Below, piece by piece: positions 23,927-34,600 of a stretch of DNA of 36,940 bases. The position numbers were made by a program, and so were the translations under genes. The notes under the pieces were generated by a model, which saw nothing but the letters and a program-made list of their open reading frames with translations, was not told where the DNA came from and did no database searches. Origin of the DNA: Phycisphaerae bacterium (GTDB lineage: Bacteria; Planctomycetota; Phycisphaerae; SM23-33); the NCBI GenBank assembly GCA_046538345.1, contig JBKHJB010000003.1, positions 1 to 36,940 of the forward strand, written 5' to 3'. Within the stretch, counting starts at the first letter, position 1. Each line of letters begins with the position of its first letter.

Positions 23927-26145
23927 TGCCACTTCGCAGTTTCACACCCGCGGAGCTGTCGCTCACCGAGCGCAAACGCCTCGAGCAACCGTTGCTGGGG
24001 ATGATCTGGCTGGGCGTGATCATGTTCGCCCTCGCCGAAGGTCAACTCTTCTACCTGTTAGCCGGAACGCTCGTGGTAGGCGTGAACATGCTCGCCGTCA
24101 GAAGCGGCAAGGAGGTCTCCCTCCAGCGGTTGTTCGTGAATCTGGCGGTGCTCGGCGCGACCGGCGTGCTGTTCATGGAGGTATTCTTTCGCGACCTTCC
24201 GACGCTCCGTGCGCTTGGGCACTACCTGATACTCATCCAGCTCTGCAAACTGTTCGAGCGGAAGCGCAACCGCGACTACGCGCAGATGCTAGCGCTATCT
24301 CTGACAACAGTGGTGGCCGCGGGGCTTATCAGCACACAGCTCTGGTTCGCGGTGGCGCTGGCGGCGTACCTGGTTCTGGCGGCGCGGGTTACGATGATTT
24401 TCACGCTCAAGCGCGGACTGGACGCCGCGGCCGGGGCACGTCTGCCGGTGGAGGCGGCCCCTCTGCCTCCGGATCGCGTCGCCTGGAACGTGATCCGTAA
24501 CTGGCCCGGTTCCGCGCTGCGGCGGCGACTGCTCGTGGTGCTGGTAATAATGGCGGCGACGTCCCTGCTGACTTTCCTGCTGGTCCCCCGGACCTCCGCC
24601 GGTCCGGGTCTGCCGCCGGAACAGCGAGATCAGACCGGACCCATTATGGAGCAGGACCTTCGCCTGGGCGACGAGCGGGATATCTACCTGTCCAGCCAGG
24701 TGGTGATGCGCGTTCGCGTGGAGGGCGGTCCCGCGGGATCTCCTCCTCTGTACCTGCGAGGCGCCGTTTACGACACATACGCCGACTCCCGCTGGTCCCA
24801 GGGACCGCAGACCCGCTGGGCCGCCCCGCTGTCGGCGGCGGGCCCGCCACCGACCGACGACCCTCGCGGAGCAGTCGTACAGACCGTCTCCATGCACCCG
24901 TCGCTGCTGCCCGTGGTGTATGCGATCTACCCGGCTGTATCGGTCCAGACCGACGCCGGGAAGGTGCGGCACAACTCGCTTATGTCGGCGCAGATTATGA
25001 CCGACGACCGCGGCAACGGACCCGTGCGCTATAAGGCCGCCTCGTGGCGACGTCCGCTGAATGCCCGACAGAAGAAATATCTGGCGGACCTCCGGGCGGC
25101 TGCGGGGGAACGACCAGGAACCGGCTCGGAGAACATTCGCACGCCTCAGCGTGTCCGCGAACTGGCACAACAGTGGTTCGCCGAACTCACCGAACACGAG
25201 AGCGACCCGTCGGATTTGAAGGTAGCCGCCTATCTGGCGCAACGCCTGCGCCGCGAGTACGATTACACGCTGAATCTGCCCGCGACCTCCCCGGACCGTG
25301 ACGCGGTAGAGGATTTTCTGCTGCACACACGTCGGGGACACTGCGAGTACTTCGCAACAGCCCTGGCGGTCATGTGCAACGCCCTGGACGTCCGCGCCCG
25401 GCTGGCGGTGGGCTTCCTGGCCGACGAACGCGACTCGCTGACCGGGCAGTACGTGGTCCGCGAGCGCGACGCCCACGCCTGGGTGGAGGTTTTTACGCCC
25501 GAGACGGACTGTGTGGTCTTCGACGCGACACCACCGGGATCCGTCGAGCAACCCCCGCCGGGCTGGCGAGAGCGCTTGAGCGGATTCTGGAATGATCTGC
25601 AATTCACGTGGTACGACCGCGTAGTGGGCTTCGACGCGGAGGTGCAGAAAGCCCTTGCCCGGCGCCTGTGGCACCTGGCCGCCGACGCCGGAGACGCCAT
25701 AGCGGCCGGGGTCAGCCGCCTGCAGCACAGCGTTCACGGGCTTCTTGCGTTCGGGTATGTAGACCGCGTGGTGGTGGTCGTTATGCTCGTGCTGGTAGCT
25801 ATGGGAGCGGCATCGACGGGGATGCTGATAGTGCGGGTCGTTCGCCGCCGGATGAGGGCCCGACGCAGACTTACCGACCCGCTCCTGCGCGCCGAGGGAC
25901 GATTGCGGTGCATACCGGAACTGCTCACGGAGCTGGAGAACCGCGGACTGCCCCACCGGTCCGACTGGACGATCCGCCGTAAAGCGTTAGCGGCGGCCGA
26001 GCAGTTCCAGCTTCCAGTCGATACGATGCTGAAACTCACGCGGGTTTACTATCGTCTGCGATGGGCGGGACGAGTACCCGACGAGCGGGAGATGCGAGAA
26101 GCCGAAATCGCCGTACAGACCATTCGCCGGCAACTGGCCGCCTGA
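23923..26145 (+). CDS. Membrane transglutaminase-like protein (DUF3488 plus transglutaminase core, TgpA-like)
   Basis: Multi-TM N-terminus, LYLRG motif, catalytic triad segments GHCEYFA, AHAWVE and FDATP, and a C-terminal TM helix. Overlaps the DUF58 stop codon. Confidence 0.92.
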   Translation: MMPLRSFTPAELSLTERKRLEQPLLGMIWLGVIMFALAEGQLFYLLAGTLVVGVNMLAVRSGKEVSLQRLFVNLAVLGATGVLFMEVFFRDLPTLRALGHYLILIQLCKLFERKRNRDYAQMLALSLTTVVAAGLISTQLWFAVALAAYLVLAARVTMIFTLKRGLDAAAGARLPVEAAPLPPDRVAWNVIRNWPGSALRRRLLVVLVIMAATSLLTFLLVPRTSAGPGLPPEQRDQTGPIMEQDLRLGDERDIYLSSQVVMRVRVEGGPAGSPPLYLRGAVYDTYADSRWSQGPQTRWAAPLSAAGPPPTDDPRGAVVQTVSMHPSLLPVVYAIYPAVSVQTDAGKVRHNSLMSAQIMTDDRGNGPVRYKAASWRRPLNARQKKYLADLRAAAGERPGTGSENIRTPQRVRELAQQWFAELTEHESDPSDLKVAAYLAQRLRREYDYTLNLPATSPDRDAVEDFLLHTRRGHCEYFATALAVMCNALDVRARLAVGFLADERDSLTGQYVVRERDAHAWVEVFTPETDCVVFDATPPGSVEQPPPGWRERLSGFWNDLQFTWYDRVVGFDAEVQKALARRLWHLAADAGDAIAAGVSRLQHSVHGLLAFGYVDRVVVVVMLVLVAMGAASTGMLIVRVVRRRMRARRRLTDPLLRAEGRLRCIPELLTELENRGLPHRSDWTIRRKALAAAEQFQLPVDTMLKLTRVYYRLRWAGRVPDEREMREAEIAVQTIRRQLAA

Positions 26146-26226
26146 GGATAAGGCGCCGTTTGCTTTTGCCGCGTCGGCGCGGTTAACTCTCCGCCCGGGA
26201 CAGGATTGCAGCTTCAGAGGTGTTCT

Positions 26227-27294
26227 ATGCGCGTAGCTTTGGCAGGGCCGCCACAATCCGGAAAGACCACCCTCTTCAGAGCCATTGCTTCCGCCGTCGG
26301 CAGCGAGGTGGACACACATCGCCCGGACCAGCCGCACGCTGCCGTCGTGAAAGTTCCCGACGAACGGGTGAACTGGCTCACCCGGTTGTATGAATCGGCG
26401 AAGGTCACCCACGCCGAGGTGGAGTTCCTGGACGTGCCCGGGATGGACCTGTCCGATTCGGCGGGCAGGAACCGAGCCCGTACGCACTGGGGAACCATGC
26501 GGCAAAGCGACATGTTCGTTCTGGTGGTCCGGGCGTTCGAGGATGCGTCCGTCCCGGCCTATCGTGACCGCATAGACCCCGTCGGCGACGTGCGGGAAAT
26601 GCTGGACGAGATGATATTCGCCGACCTGGACCAGGCCACCGCGCGGATAGAGAAACTCCGGAAAGCCCTCAAGAAGCCCGTCGCGGACCGGACCGCTCAA
26701 CAGCGCGAGCTGGAGGTCATGAAACGACTCGCCGAATCGCTGGAAGCCGAGCAGCCGGTATCGGCGGCTATACAGAACGATGCCGACGCGAAACTGATAC
26801 GCAGCTTCGCCTTCTGCTCCATGAAACCGATGCTGGTTGCGCTGAACACCTCCGAGAACGATCTCGCCGGCGGCGACGAAGATATCGCTTCGCTGCCTTC
26901 CATACGCCTTTCGGCGAAGATAGAGGAGGAAATCGCTCAGCTTCCCCCCGACGAGCGGACCGAGTTTCTGGCGGATTTGGGGCTTGAGGAGCCGGCCGGC
27001 GACCGGTTGATAAGGTCGTGCCTGCGACAGATGCGACTGATAACCTTCTTTACCGCCGGTGAGAAGGAAACCCGCGCATTTACCGTCCCCGAAGGCACGG
27101 ACGCACTGACCGGCGCGGGTGAGATTCACAGCGATATCGCCCGGGGGTTCATCCGGGCGGAGGTGGTATCGTACGACGACCTGCGGGCCGCCGGCGACAT
27201 GAAGACCGCCCGCTCCGCGGGCGCCGTCCGCCTGGAAGGCAAATCCTACATCATCCAGGACGGCGACGTTGTATATTTCCGGTTTAACGTCTGA
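26227..27294 (+). CDS. ychF: YchF/Ola1-family ATPase, divergent (DUF933 C-terminal domain)
   Basis: P-loop GPPQSGKTT, VKVPDERV, DVPG, LITFFTAGEKE, IHSDIARGFIRAEV, RLEGKSYIIQDGDVVYFRFNV. Confidence 0.88.
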   Translation: MRVALAGPPQSGKTTLFRAIASAVGSEVDTHRPDQPHAAVVKVPDERVNWLTRLYESAKVTHAEVEFLDVPGMDLSDSAGRNRARTHWGTMRQSDMFVLVVRAFEDASVPAYRDRIDPVGDVREMLDEMIFADLDQATARIEKLRKALKKPVADRTAQQRELEVMKRLAESLEAEQPVSAAIQNDADAKLIRSFAFCSMKPMLVALNTSENDLAGGDEDIASLPSIRLSAKIEEEIAQLPPDERTEFLADLGLEEPAGDRLIRSCLRQMRLITFFTAGEKETRAFTVPEGTDALTGAGEIHSDIARGFIRAEVVSYDDLRAAGDMKTARSAGAVRLEGKSYIIQDGDVVYFRFNV

Positions 27295-27315
27295 CGTCTC
27301 CGGAGCTGTGCCCAG

Positions 27316-30300
27316 GTGAGCGCACTGAGAAAGGTAAAACCCGTCCGCCGCCGATGGTGGCAACTGCTCGCTCGCGGAGCGGTGGTGATGGCGCTGCTGG
27401 CGGCGGCTTTGTATGTGACGCTGCCATGGTGGCTGCCGAAGGACATGGTCCGCCGATACGTGGCGGAGGAAATGTCCCGGCAGATGGGCGTGGAAGTAAC
27501 CATCGCGGAGGTCTCCACGAGCTGGTCGCGGGGGATCGTCCTGCGTGACCTGCGAATCCACAGCGACGAGAGCTTCGGCGCCGAGCCGATGGCCCGCGTG
27601 GACGAAATACGCATGGACCTTTCGCCGCTGGAGGTGCTCTTTAAAGAGAGTTTCGACCGCATGGTGCTCGTGGGCGCGGAGATGGATGTACGTGTCGATG
27701 GCTCCGGGAACGTCAACGTCGCCCCCCTGTCCCGTTTGGAATTCGACGTCGCCCCGCAGCACGTTTCTTTGAGCAAGGGTGTTCTGACTTTCGCCACGGC
27801 GAGCAGCGACCACCTCGTGCGCTTCGATATCGCAGATTTGCAGATAGACGGCGGCCGCATAGAAGACATCAGTCGCGTCACCATGAGCGCCCGGCTGCGG
27901 CAGAAAGACCTGGACGCCCCGGTAAGTCTCCAGATGGGCGAGTCCGTCAGGGCATCAGCCGCGGCAATGGCATCGCTGAACTTCGGCAATCTGGACCTGT
28001 CTCAACTACCCCTGCCGGAGATGCTGCAATTGCCCATACGGGAGCTTTCCGGGCGATGCGACGGCTCGATAGACCTTCAACTCGACCGCCGCGGCGTGGT
28101 GGACCGTTGCAGGGTGGACTTCGACTTCCGTGAACTCAGCATCCAGCCGGACGACGGTATGGAGCTGCCGGTGGTCGAGACCGCCGCGGTGCGTTTCTCC
28201 GCGCGGCTGGACCCCATCGAAGACATCCTGGAAATCGAGTCCGCTCGTGTGGACATGCCCGGCGTGGAGCTTACCGGGCGTGGGCGCATGTCCACGGCGC
28301 TGGGAGGCGGCGGTTGGGATTCCATCGAGGAGCTGGATTTCCGCGCCCGCGTGCACCCGGACCGCCTGTCGGCGATGCTGGGCCGGGAACTGCCCGGCGG
28401 ACTGGACGTTACAGGCCCTGTGCAGGTGGCCGCCAAGGTGCGGCACGACGGGGCCGATGTGCGTATGGAGGTGGCGGCAGACGCGAGTGAGGCGTCTGTC
28501 GAGCGCAAAGGAGATGTCCTCAAGCCGGCAGGTCGGAAGCTGCGAGGTGAACTCTCGGGATTGCTGAACGATCGGAATTGGCGATTCCGCAGCAACACCT
28601 GCGAGCTGGAGCTGGCGGACAACTCCGTCTCCGGCTCACTGAGAGTGGAAAACACCCGCCGGCTACTGCGAACGGATGTGTCGTCCGCGACCGACTTGCT
28701 TGAGGCGATGCCGGGCGTGGGCTGGCGCTGCCGCTGGAGAATCGCAGACCTGACCGCCGTGACGGACCTTTTGAACTCTGTACCGTCGCGCGAAGACGTT
28801 CAGCTCTCCGGAACCGTCAGTGGCCGTCTTGTGCTGGAGCCGGGAAGACGCCCGCACGTGGATGCCTCCATCAAAATACCGGCCGACGCCGAGTTGAGCA
28901 TCGGTCCGTGGTTCACCAAACCCCCCGGGGAGGAACTGGCGGTCACATACCAGGGGCGGATAGAGCCGGACGAAGCCCGGCTGGGCGAAGGATTGATGAC
29001 GCTGGCGATCGGCAGCGCCCGACTGGTAGCGGGGGACGTAGCCCTTGAGATCGCCGAGGAACCGGACACGCGGATGTCGCTGGCAGGACGGTTCTATGCG
29101 GCGTCAGTAGAGGACTTGCTCCAATGTTTCCCTGAGGACGAGGAGCTGGAAATAACCGGCGCCTTCAGCGGTCGCGGCAGGGCTTCCGTCGGCCCCCGGG
29201 GCATGTCGGCATGGTTGTTTGCGGACTTTTCACACGCGTCGCTGCGCGTCGAATCCCTCGCCGTCAAACCGGCCGATGAGGCCTGTTCGCTCTCGCTGCG
29301 ACTCCGGGCAAACGAACCTGTCGGCGGCGCGTGGAACTTCTCCGGAGAACTTCGCTCGGCCTGGGCTACCACGGCGATGGAAGGAACCGTCCGGAACAAC
29401 AGGCAAGGAGAAGCGGAACTGTCGCTGGACGTCCGCGATGCGGCGCGACTGGCCGAACATCTGCCCCCGTTGAAGCGCGCTTTCGGTGGCGCACGGCTTA
29501 GCGGCGCCGCCAAGGCCGAGGGAAGACTGCAGTGGCTTGAGCGCGGTCCGGCCCTGCATCTGAATGTGGACGCAACGGGGCTGGAGTATCGCGGTGGCGA
29601 TGACATGGGCTACAAGGCGGCCGGGACGCAGGCGCGGCTGGAAGCGTTCGCCCGCGCGTCGGACGCCGGTGGCGGTCCGCAGCTCGACCTGGAGAGATGC
29701 AAGCTATGGTTCGGCGAAAGTACGGCAAGTGTCAGCGCCACGCTCGGCGGCAATATCGCCAGGGCGCTGGAGCTTAACCGGACCTTGAACGAAGCCGTGG
29801 ACCTCGACGCGCGGATAGAGGCCGCCGTTGTGTGGGACGACGCTCTGCGCGAGCTTCTGCCGGATTGGGACCGCCGGACGGCAAAGTACGAATTGCAGGG
29901 CGAGCTGGGTCTTGAAGCGAGGATTCGCACCAACGACGCTTCGCTGGAATTCGACGCCGGGCTTGACGCGACGGAGCTGGCGGGGAAATTCGTGGAGTTT
30001 CCCGGCCCGGACATTCCGGCGGAGCTGAAACGTCTCGGGCTGTCAACGAAACCGGCGGTCAAGCCCGCCGGGGTGACCTCGAAGTTGAGCTTAAGCGGCT
30101 CGGCACAGAGGGACTTCTCCCGCATAGAGTTGCGCGCACTGACGGCCGATCTGGGCGGGGCGAAGATTTCCTCCCAGGCGACACTTTCCCGACCGTCTAA
30201 AGGCGCGTCCTATCGCCTGAACACCGCTCGGGCGGAGCTTGCCATCGAACAGACCGGAACTGTCCAGACTTTCCTGCCATGTGTCGAACCGTGGGCTTTG

Positions 30301-31593
30301 GACGGCTCACTGTCGGTGCGGCTGGACTACAGCGATCGAAACGGCGGTACTGTCGAACATCTGACCCTGGAGACGGACGAACTGGCCGGTCACATCGGAG
30401 GAAAGGACGTCCTGCTCGACGGCGAGATAACCTTCGAATCGGTAAGCGACATCATATGCGAGATGCCGGAAATCCATGCCGTCCGTAGCGACAAGCTCCA
30501 GATTGAGGCGGGCAAGAACCGCGCCTGGCTGATACTGGACCTGGAAAACCTGAACAGCCAACCAACCGGGCGCGCGGACGTGCTCTGCGAATACGCCGAC
30601 GACCTGGACCTGATGCAGTGGCTGCTGGACGAGGACGCTCCAGCGGTGTCGGACGAGGAGCTTTCGGCCAATGAGGCATCCCAACTCCAGGACGAGGCGC
30701 GACGGCTGGTGCTGATGGCAAGGCATTATCTGGCACAGGCGGATTTGACGCTGAACCTCCGCGCACGTCGCATGCGGACCTTCGACCCGCGTGTGGAGGA
30801 GGCGTATGTGGTCAACAATCTGCGCCTGCAAGCGCGGGCCGCCGAAGGACAGGTCCAGGTGGACCTGATAGCAGGGCTTAACGGTGGAACGTACCAGCGG
30901 GAGCTGGGTGTGGACCTGTCCGAATCGACCCCGACAGTCATCAGCCGCACCGAGATGAGCGACGTAATCGCCACCGAGAGTATCCAGCCGCAACTGGCGC
31001 TGTATTTTCCGGGCAATACCGTACACGGTGAGTTCAACCGCACCGAGGACCTCACCATGCCGTTGCGCGACATGTTGGCGCAGGCAATGGACCCGCGATA
31101 TCCGGTCCGTCCGACAGGCCGGGCCAAAACCGTCACCATCGACGGCGTTGTGGTCGGCCGGGCCGCTCCCAAGTTCGTCACACGCATATTTCCGGGCCTG
31201 AACCTCGCCCGCTACGAGTATCGCAAGATGACGAGCTTCACCGAGTTTCTCCCGGACGGCACAGCCGTCAACGACATGATCTTCAAAGGACCCATCTACG
31301 ACGTATATATCGAGGGCACCACGACCGCAGACAACATGGGCGAGTACGAGATAGGTCTGATACTACTGAGCACGCCGCAGTCGGCCGAGTGGAACCATGC
31401 CTATCGGCAGGGACGCATCCCCATACTGCACTTCAACGCGCGCATCGAGGGCGGCGAGTTGCACGATACCAAAGTATGGTACTTCTGGCCAAACGAGACG
31501 CTCTTTACGGTATTCCTGAAGAACAACCTCTTCTACCGCATCTGGGTGGAGGCCCGAAGAGACCCAAACGAGGAGCTACCTCGTATCGAGTGA
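27316..31593 (+). CDS. Large AsmA-like envelope protein (1425 aa)
   Basis: N-terminal TM (YVTLPWWLP) followed by an AsmA-type start (EEMSRQMGVEVTIAEVSTSWSRGIVLRDLRI, VDGSGNVNV). Long beta-rich body with recurring KPAG-like motifs. Confidence 0.7.
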   Translation: MSALRKVKPVRRRWWQLLARGAVVMALLAAALYVTLPWWLPKDMVRRYVAEEMSRQMGVEVTIAEVSTSWSRGIVLRDLRIHSDESFGAEPMARVDEIRMDLSPLEVLFKESFDRMVLVGAEMDVRVDGSGNVNVAPLSRLEFDVAPQHVSLSKGVLTFATASSDHLVRFDIADLQIDGGRIEDISRVTMSARLRQKDLDAPVSLQMGESVRASAAAMASLNFGNLDLSQLPLPEMLQLPIRELSGRCDGSIDLQLDRRGVVDRCRVDFDFRELSIQPDDGMELPVVETAAVRFSARLDPIEDILEIESARVDMPGVELTGRGRMSTALGGGGWDSIEELDFRARVHPDRLSAMLGRELPGGLDVTGPVQVAAKVRHDGADVRMEVAADASEASVERKGDVLKPAGRKLRGELSGLLNDRNWRFRSNTCELELADNSVSGSLRVENTRRLLRTDVSSATDLLEAMPGVGWRCRWRIADLTAVTDLLNSVPSREDVQLSGTVSGRLVLEPGRRPHVDASIKIPADAELSIGPWFTKPPGEELAVTYQGRIEPDEARLGEGLMTLAIGSARLVAGDVALEIAEEPDTRMSLAGRFYAASVEDLLQCFPEDEELEITGAFSGRGRASVGPRGMSAWLFADFSHASLRVESLAVKPADEACSLSLRLRANEPVGGAWNFSGELRSAWATTAMEGTVRNNRQGEAELSLDVRDAARLAEHLPPLKRAFGGARLSGAAKAEGRLQWLERGPALHLNVDATGLEYRGGDDMGYKAAGTQARLEAFARASDAGGGPQLDLERCKLWFGESTASVSATLGGNIARALELNRTLNEAVDLDARIEAAVVWDDALRELLPDWDRRTAKYELQGELGLEARIRTNDASLEFDAGLDATELAGKFVEFPGPDIPAELKRLGLSTKPAVKPAGVTSKLSLSGSAQRDFSRIELRALTADLGGAKISSQATLSRPSKGASYRLNTARAELAIEQTGTVQTFLPCVEPWALDGSLSVRLDYSDRNGGTVEHLTLETDELAGHIGGKDVLLDGEITFESVSDIICEMPEIHAVRSDKLQIEAGKNRAWLILDLENLNSQPTGRADVLCEYADDLDLMQWLLDEDAPAVSDEELSANEASQLQDEARRLVLMARHYLAQADLTLNLRARRMRTFDPRVEEAYVVNNLRLQARAAEGQVQVDLIAGLNGGTYQRELGVDLSESTPTVISRTEMSDVIATESIQPQLALYFPGNTVHGEFNRTEDLTMPLRDMLAQAMDPRYPVRPTGRAKTVTIDGVVVGRAAPKFVTRIFPGLNLARYEYRKMTSFTEFLPDGTAVNDMIFKGPIYDVYIEGTTTADNMGEYEIGLILLSTPQSAEWNHAYRQGRIPILHFNARIEGGELHDTKVWYFWPNETLFTVFLKNNLFYRIWVEARRDPNEELPRIE

Positions 31594-31608
31594 AGCCGGA
31601 TCGAGCTT

Positions 31609-34600
31609 TCATCGCGCTGTGGCTTCGGGTGCGGTTTCGATTTGGCTTTGTTCTTTCTCGTCGGGTCTCTGCAGTCCACCCATACCCAGCCGGGCCGCCA
31701 TGCGGTAGATGGTTACGTACAAAGTGGGGACGACCACCAGAGTGAGCACCGTCGCAAAACCCAGACCGAAGATGACGCTGACGGCCATTGTGCGCCACCA
31801 GTCCGCGGACTCGCTGGAGGTCGCTATCCGCAGGTTATGAAAGTCTATATGCAAGCCGGTAGCCATCGGTATCAGCCCCATGATGGTGGTGATCGCCGTG
31901 AGCATTACCGGACGAAGGCGCGTGACACCGGCTTCAACAGCGGCGGAGGTCACGTCGTGGCCCTGCCGCTGGAGGTCGCGCGTGTAGGCCAGCAGAACGA
32001 TGGCGTTGTTGACCACCACGCCCGCGAGTGAAATCACGCCGATGCCGGTCATCATGATGCCGAACGGTAGTGAGGTGACGAGCAGACCCGTCAGCACGCC
32101 GATCATGGACAGCACGACGGTTATCATTATCACGGCCGGCACCGACAGCGTGTTGAACTGCGTCACCAGCACCAGCACGATCAAAAGAAGCGCCATAATC
32201 AGCGCTCGCTTCAGGAACGCGCCGGCCTCTTCCCGGTCTTCCTGCTCGCCGGCGTATTCAACGCGATACCCGCCGGGCATATCCAGCTCGTCGATCCGCT
32301 GCTGTACGTCGCTTAACACATCCTGCGAAAGACGCCCCTCGGCGTCGGCGGTTATGGTGATAACCCGGTCCTGGTCCACCCGGTAGATGGTCCCATACCC
32401 GCCGCGGTACTGGAACTCGCCCAGCGAGCTGAGCGGAACGGGTCGGCCGCGAGTATTGGGCACGCGAAGGCGGAGCAGGTCGTCTATCTTGTTGCGCTGA
32501 TGCTCCGGAAGGCGCACGGTAATGTCGTATTCGTCGTCCAGCTCGCGATAGCTGCCCACCTTCTGTCCGAAGATAGCCATTTTCAGGAAATTGCCTATGG
32601 TCCTGGGGTTAACTCCCAGCAGCATGGCCCGGCGGCGGTCCACCTGGAACGCCATCTCCGGGCGTGACGCCTCGTAATCGTTGCGCAGGTTCACCAGCCC
32701 GGGCACGTCGCGGATCATCCGCTCGGCCTGGCGACTGAGGTCCTCGAGGACCTTGAAGTCCTCCCCTATAAGCCGCACCGTCACAGGCGCGCCGGTGGGC
32801 GGGCCCATCTCCTCCTCCGATATGCTGACCTCGGCGCCGGCAAAGTCTGTCAGTTCCTCGCGCAGCTCCCGGACAATCTCTGCCGACGGGCGCGGGCGGT
32901 CCTCGTAGTCCCGGAACACGAGCGTGACGTTGGCGACATGCGGTCCGGAACCGCCTCCGCCCAGAAGCACACCGCGTCCGCCCGTGGAGCCGACATTGGT
33001 GACGTAGTGCTTAAGCTCCCTTCCGTACCGGGGATGGTCAAGGTACTTCGTCACACGCTGCTCGATCCGCTTGGCCAGTTCATTGGTCTTGTCGATATGG
33101 GTTCCCTGCGGGGCGCGGATATTTATAACGGCCCGCCGGGGATCGGTCGTGGGGAAGAACTCCACGCCCTCGCCGCGCTTGACGTAGTAAAGCCCCAGCC
33201 CCACCAGCAGCAGACCCACCAGCGAAAGCACCACCGCGCGATGCGCCAGCGCCGTGCTCAACAAACGTCGATAGCCGTTCAGAATTCGACTGTTGCGCTC
33301 GCGCCGCTTGGCTTTTCCGGTAACCAGCGTGCAGACCACCGGGCTTACCACCAGCGCTACGAACAGCGAGCTGCACAGTACGATAATGACCGTCGCGGGC
33401 AGGTACTTCATGAAGTCGCCCACGATGCCCGGCCAGAACAGCAGCGGAATAAACGCCGACACGGTCGTCGCTGTGGAGGTAATCACCGGCCAGGCGACCT
33501 GCGAAGCCCCCCTTTTGGCGGCTTCGATACGCCCGTAGCCGAGCTGCATATGCCGGTAAATGTTCTCGACGATGACGATGGCGTTGTCCACCAGCATGCC
33601 CACCGCCAGAACCAGCGAGAACAGAACGATCATGTTCAGCGTGAACCCAACCGCCTGAACAATGAAAAAGCTCATCGCCATGCTCAGCGGTATCGCCACC
33701 GCCACCACAAGTGAGCTTCGGAACCCCAGAAACAGCATCAGCACGACAACCACCAGCAGAAGCGCAGCGCCGATGTTGTTCTCCAGGTCCTTGACCATCC
33801 GGTCGATGTCCTCCGACCGGTCGTCTGTGATGACGAACTCCAGGGCGTCGGGGGCTTCTTCTGCGGCAGAGAAGAAAATATCCTTCACTTCCTCGGCCAC
33901 GTCCACGATGTTGGCGCCGACGCGCTTGCGGACAGCCAGGGTCACACTCTGTCGGCCATCCACGCGGGAGTAGGTCTCGCGGTCCTTGAACGTGTCCACC
34001 ACACGCGCCACGTCGTAGAGATAGATGGGCCTGCCGTCGCGCACGGTAACCAGAAGCTCCATCACCTCCCGTGGCTCGACGAACTCCGCCGGGACACGAA
34101 CATTGAACTTCATCCCCTCGGTTTCCAGACCGCCGGCCGAGACATTGACATTCTCCGCCGGTATCAGCTCCAGCACCTCCGGAATGGTCAGCGACCAGGC
34201 GGTCAGGGCGTCCGCATCGAACTCTATGCGGATGTCCCGCTCCAGAGTGCCGAGGATATCCACCTCCAGCACGCCGGTGACGCGCTCCATGCGGTCCTGA
34301 AGGTCGTCGGCCATGTCCTTGAGCCGCTTCATGGACACGTCGCCGGTGATATTCGCGTATATGATGGGAAACTCCGCGACGTTGATCTCGCGGATGATCG
34401 GCTCGTCGGCGTCGGTGGGCAGGTCGCCTCGCGCCTGGTCCACCTTCTGACGGACATACTGCAGAGCGTCCTCGATATTCACATCCGGCTCGAACTCCGC
34501 AACTATCGTGGAGACCCCCTCGGCGCTGACGGAGCTTATCTCCTTGACCCCCTTGATGCCGGAAAGCTGCGGCTCTATCTCCCGCGTGACGGTGTTCTCA

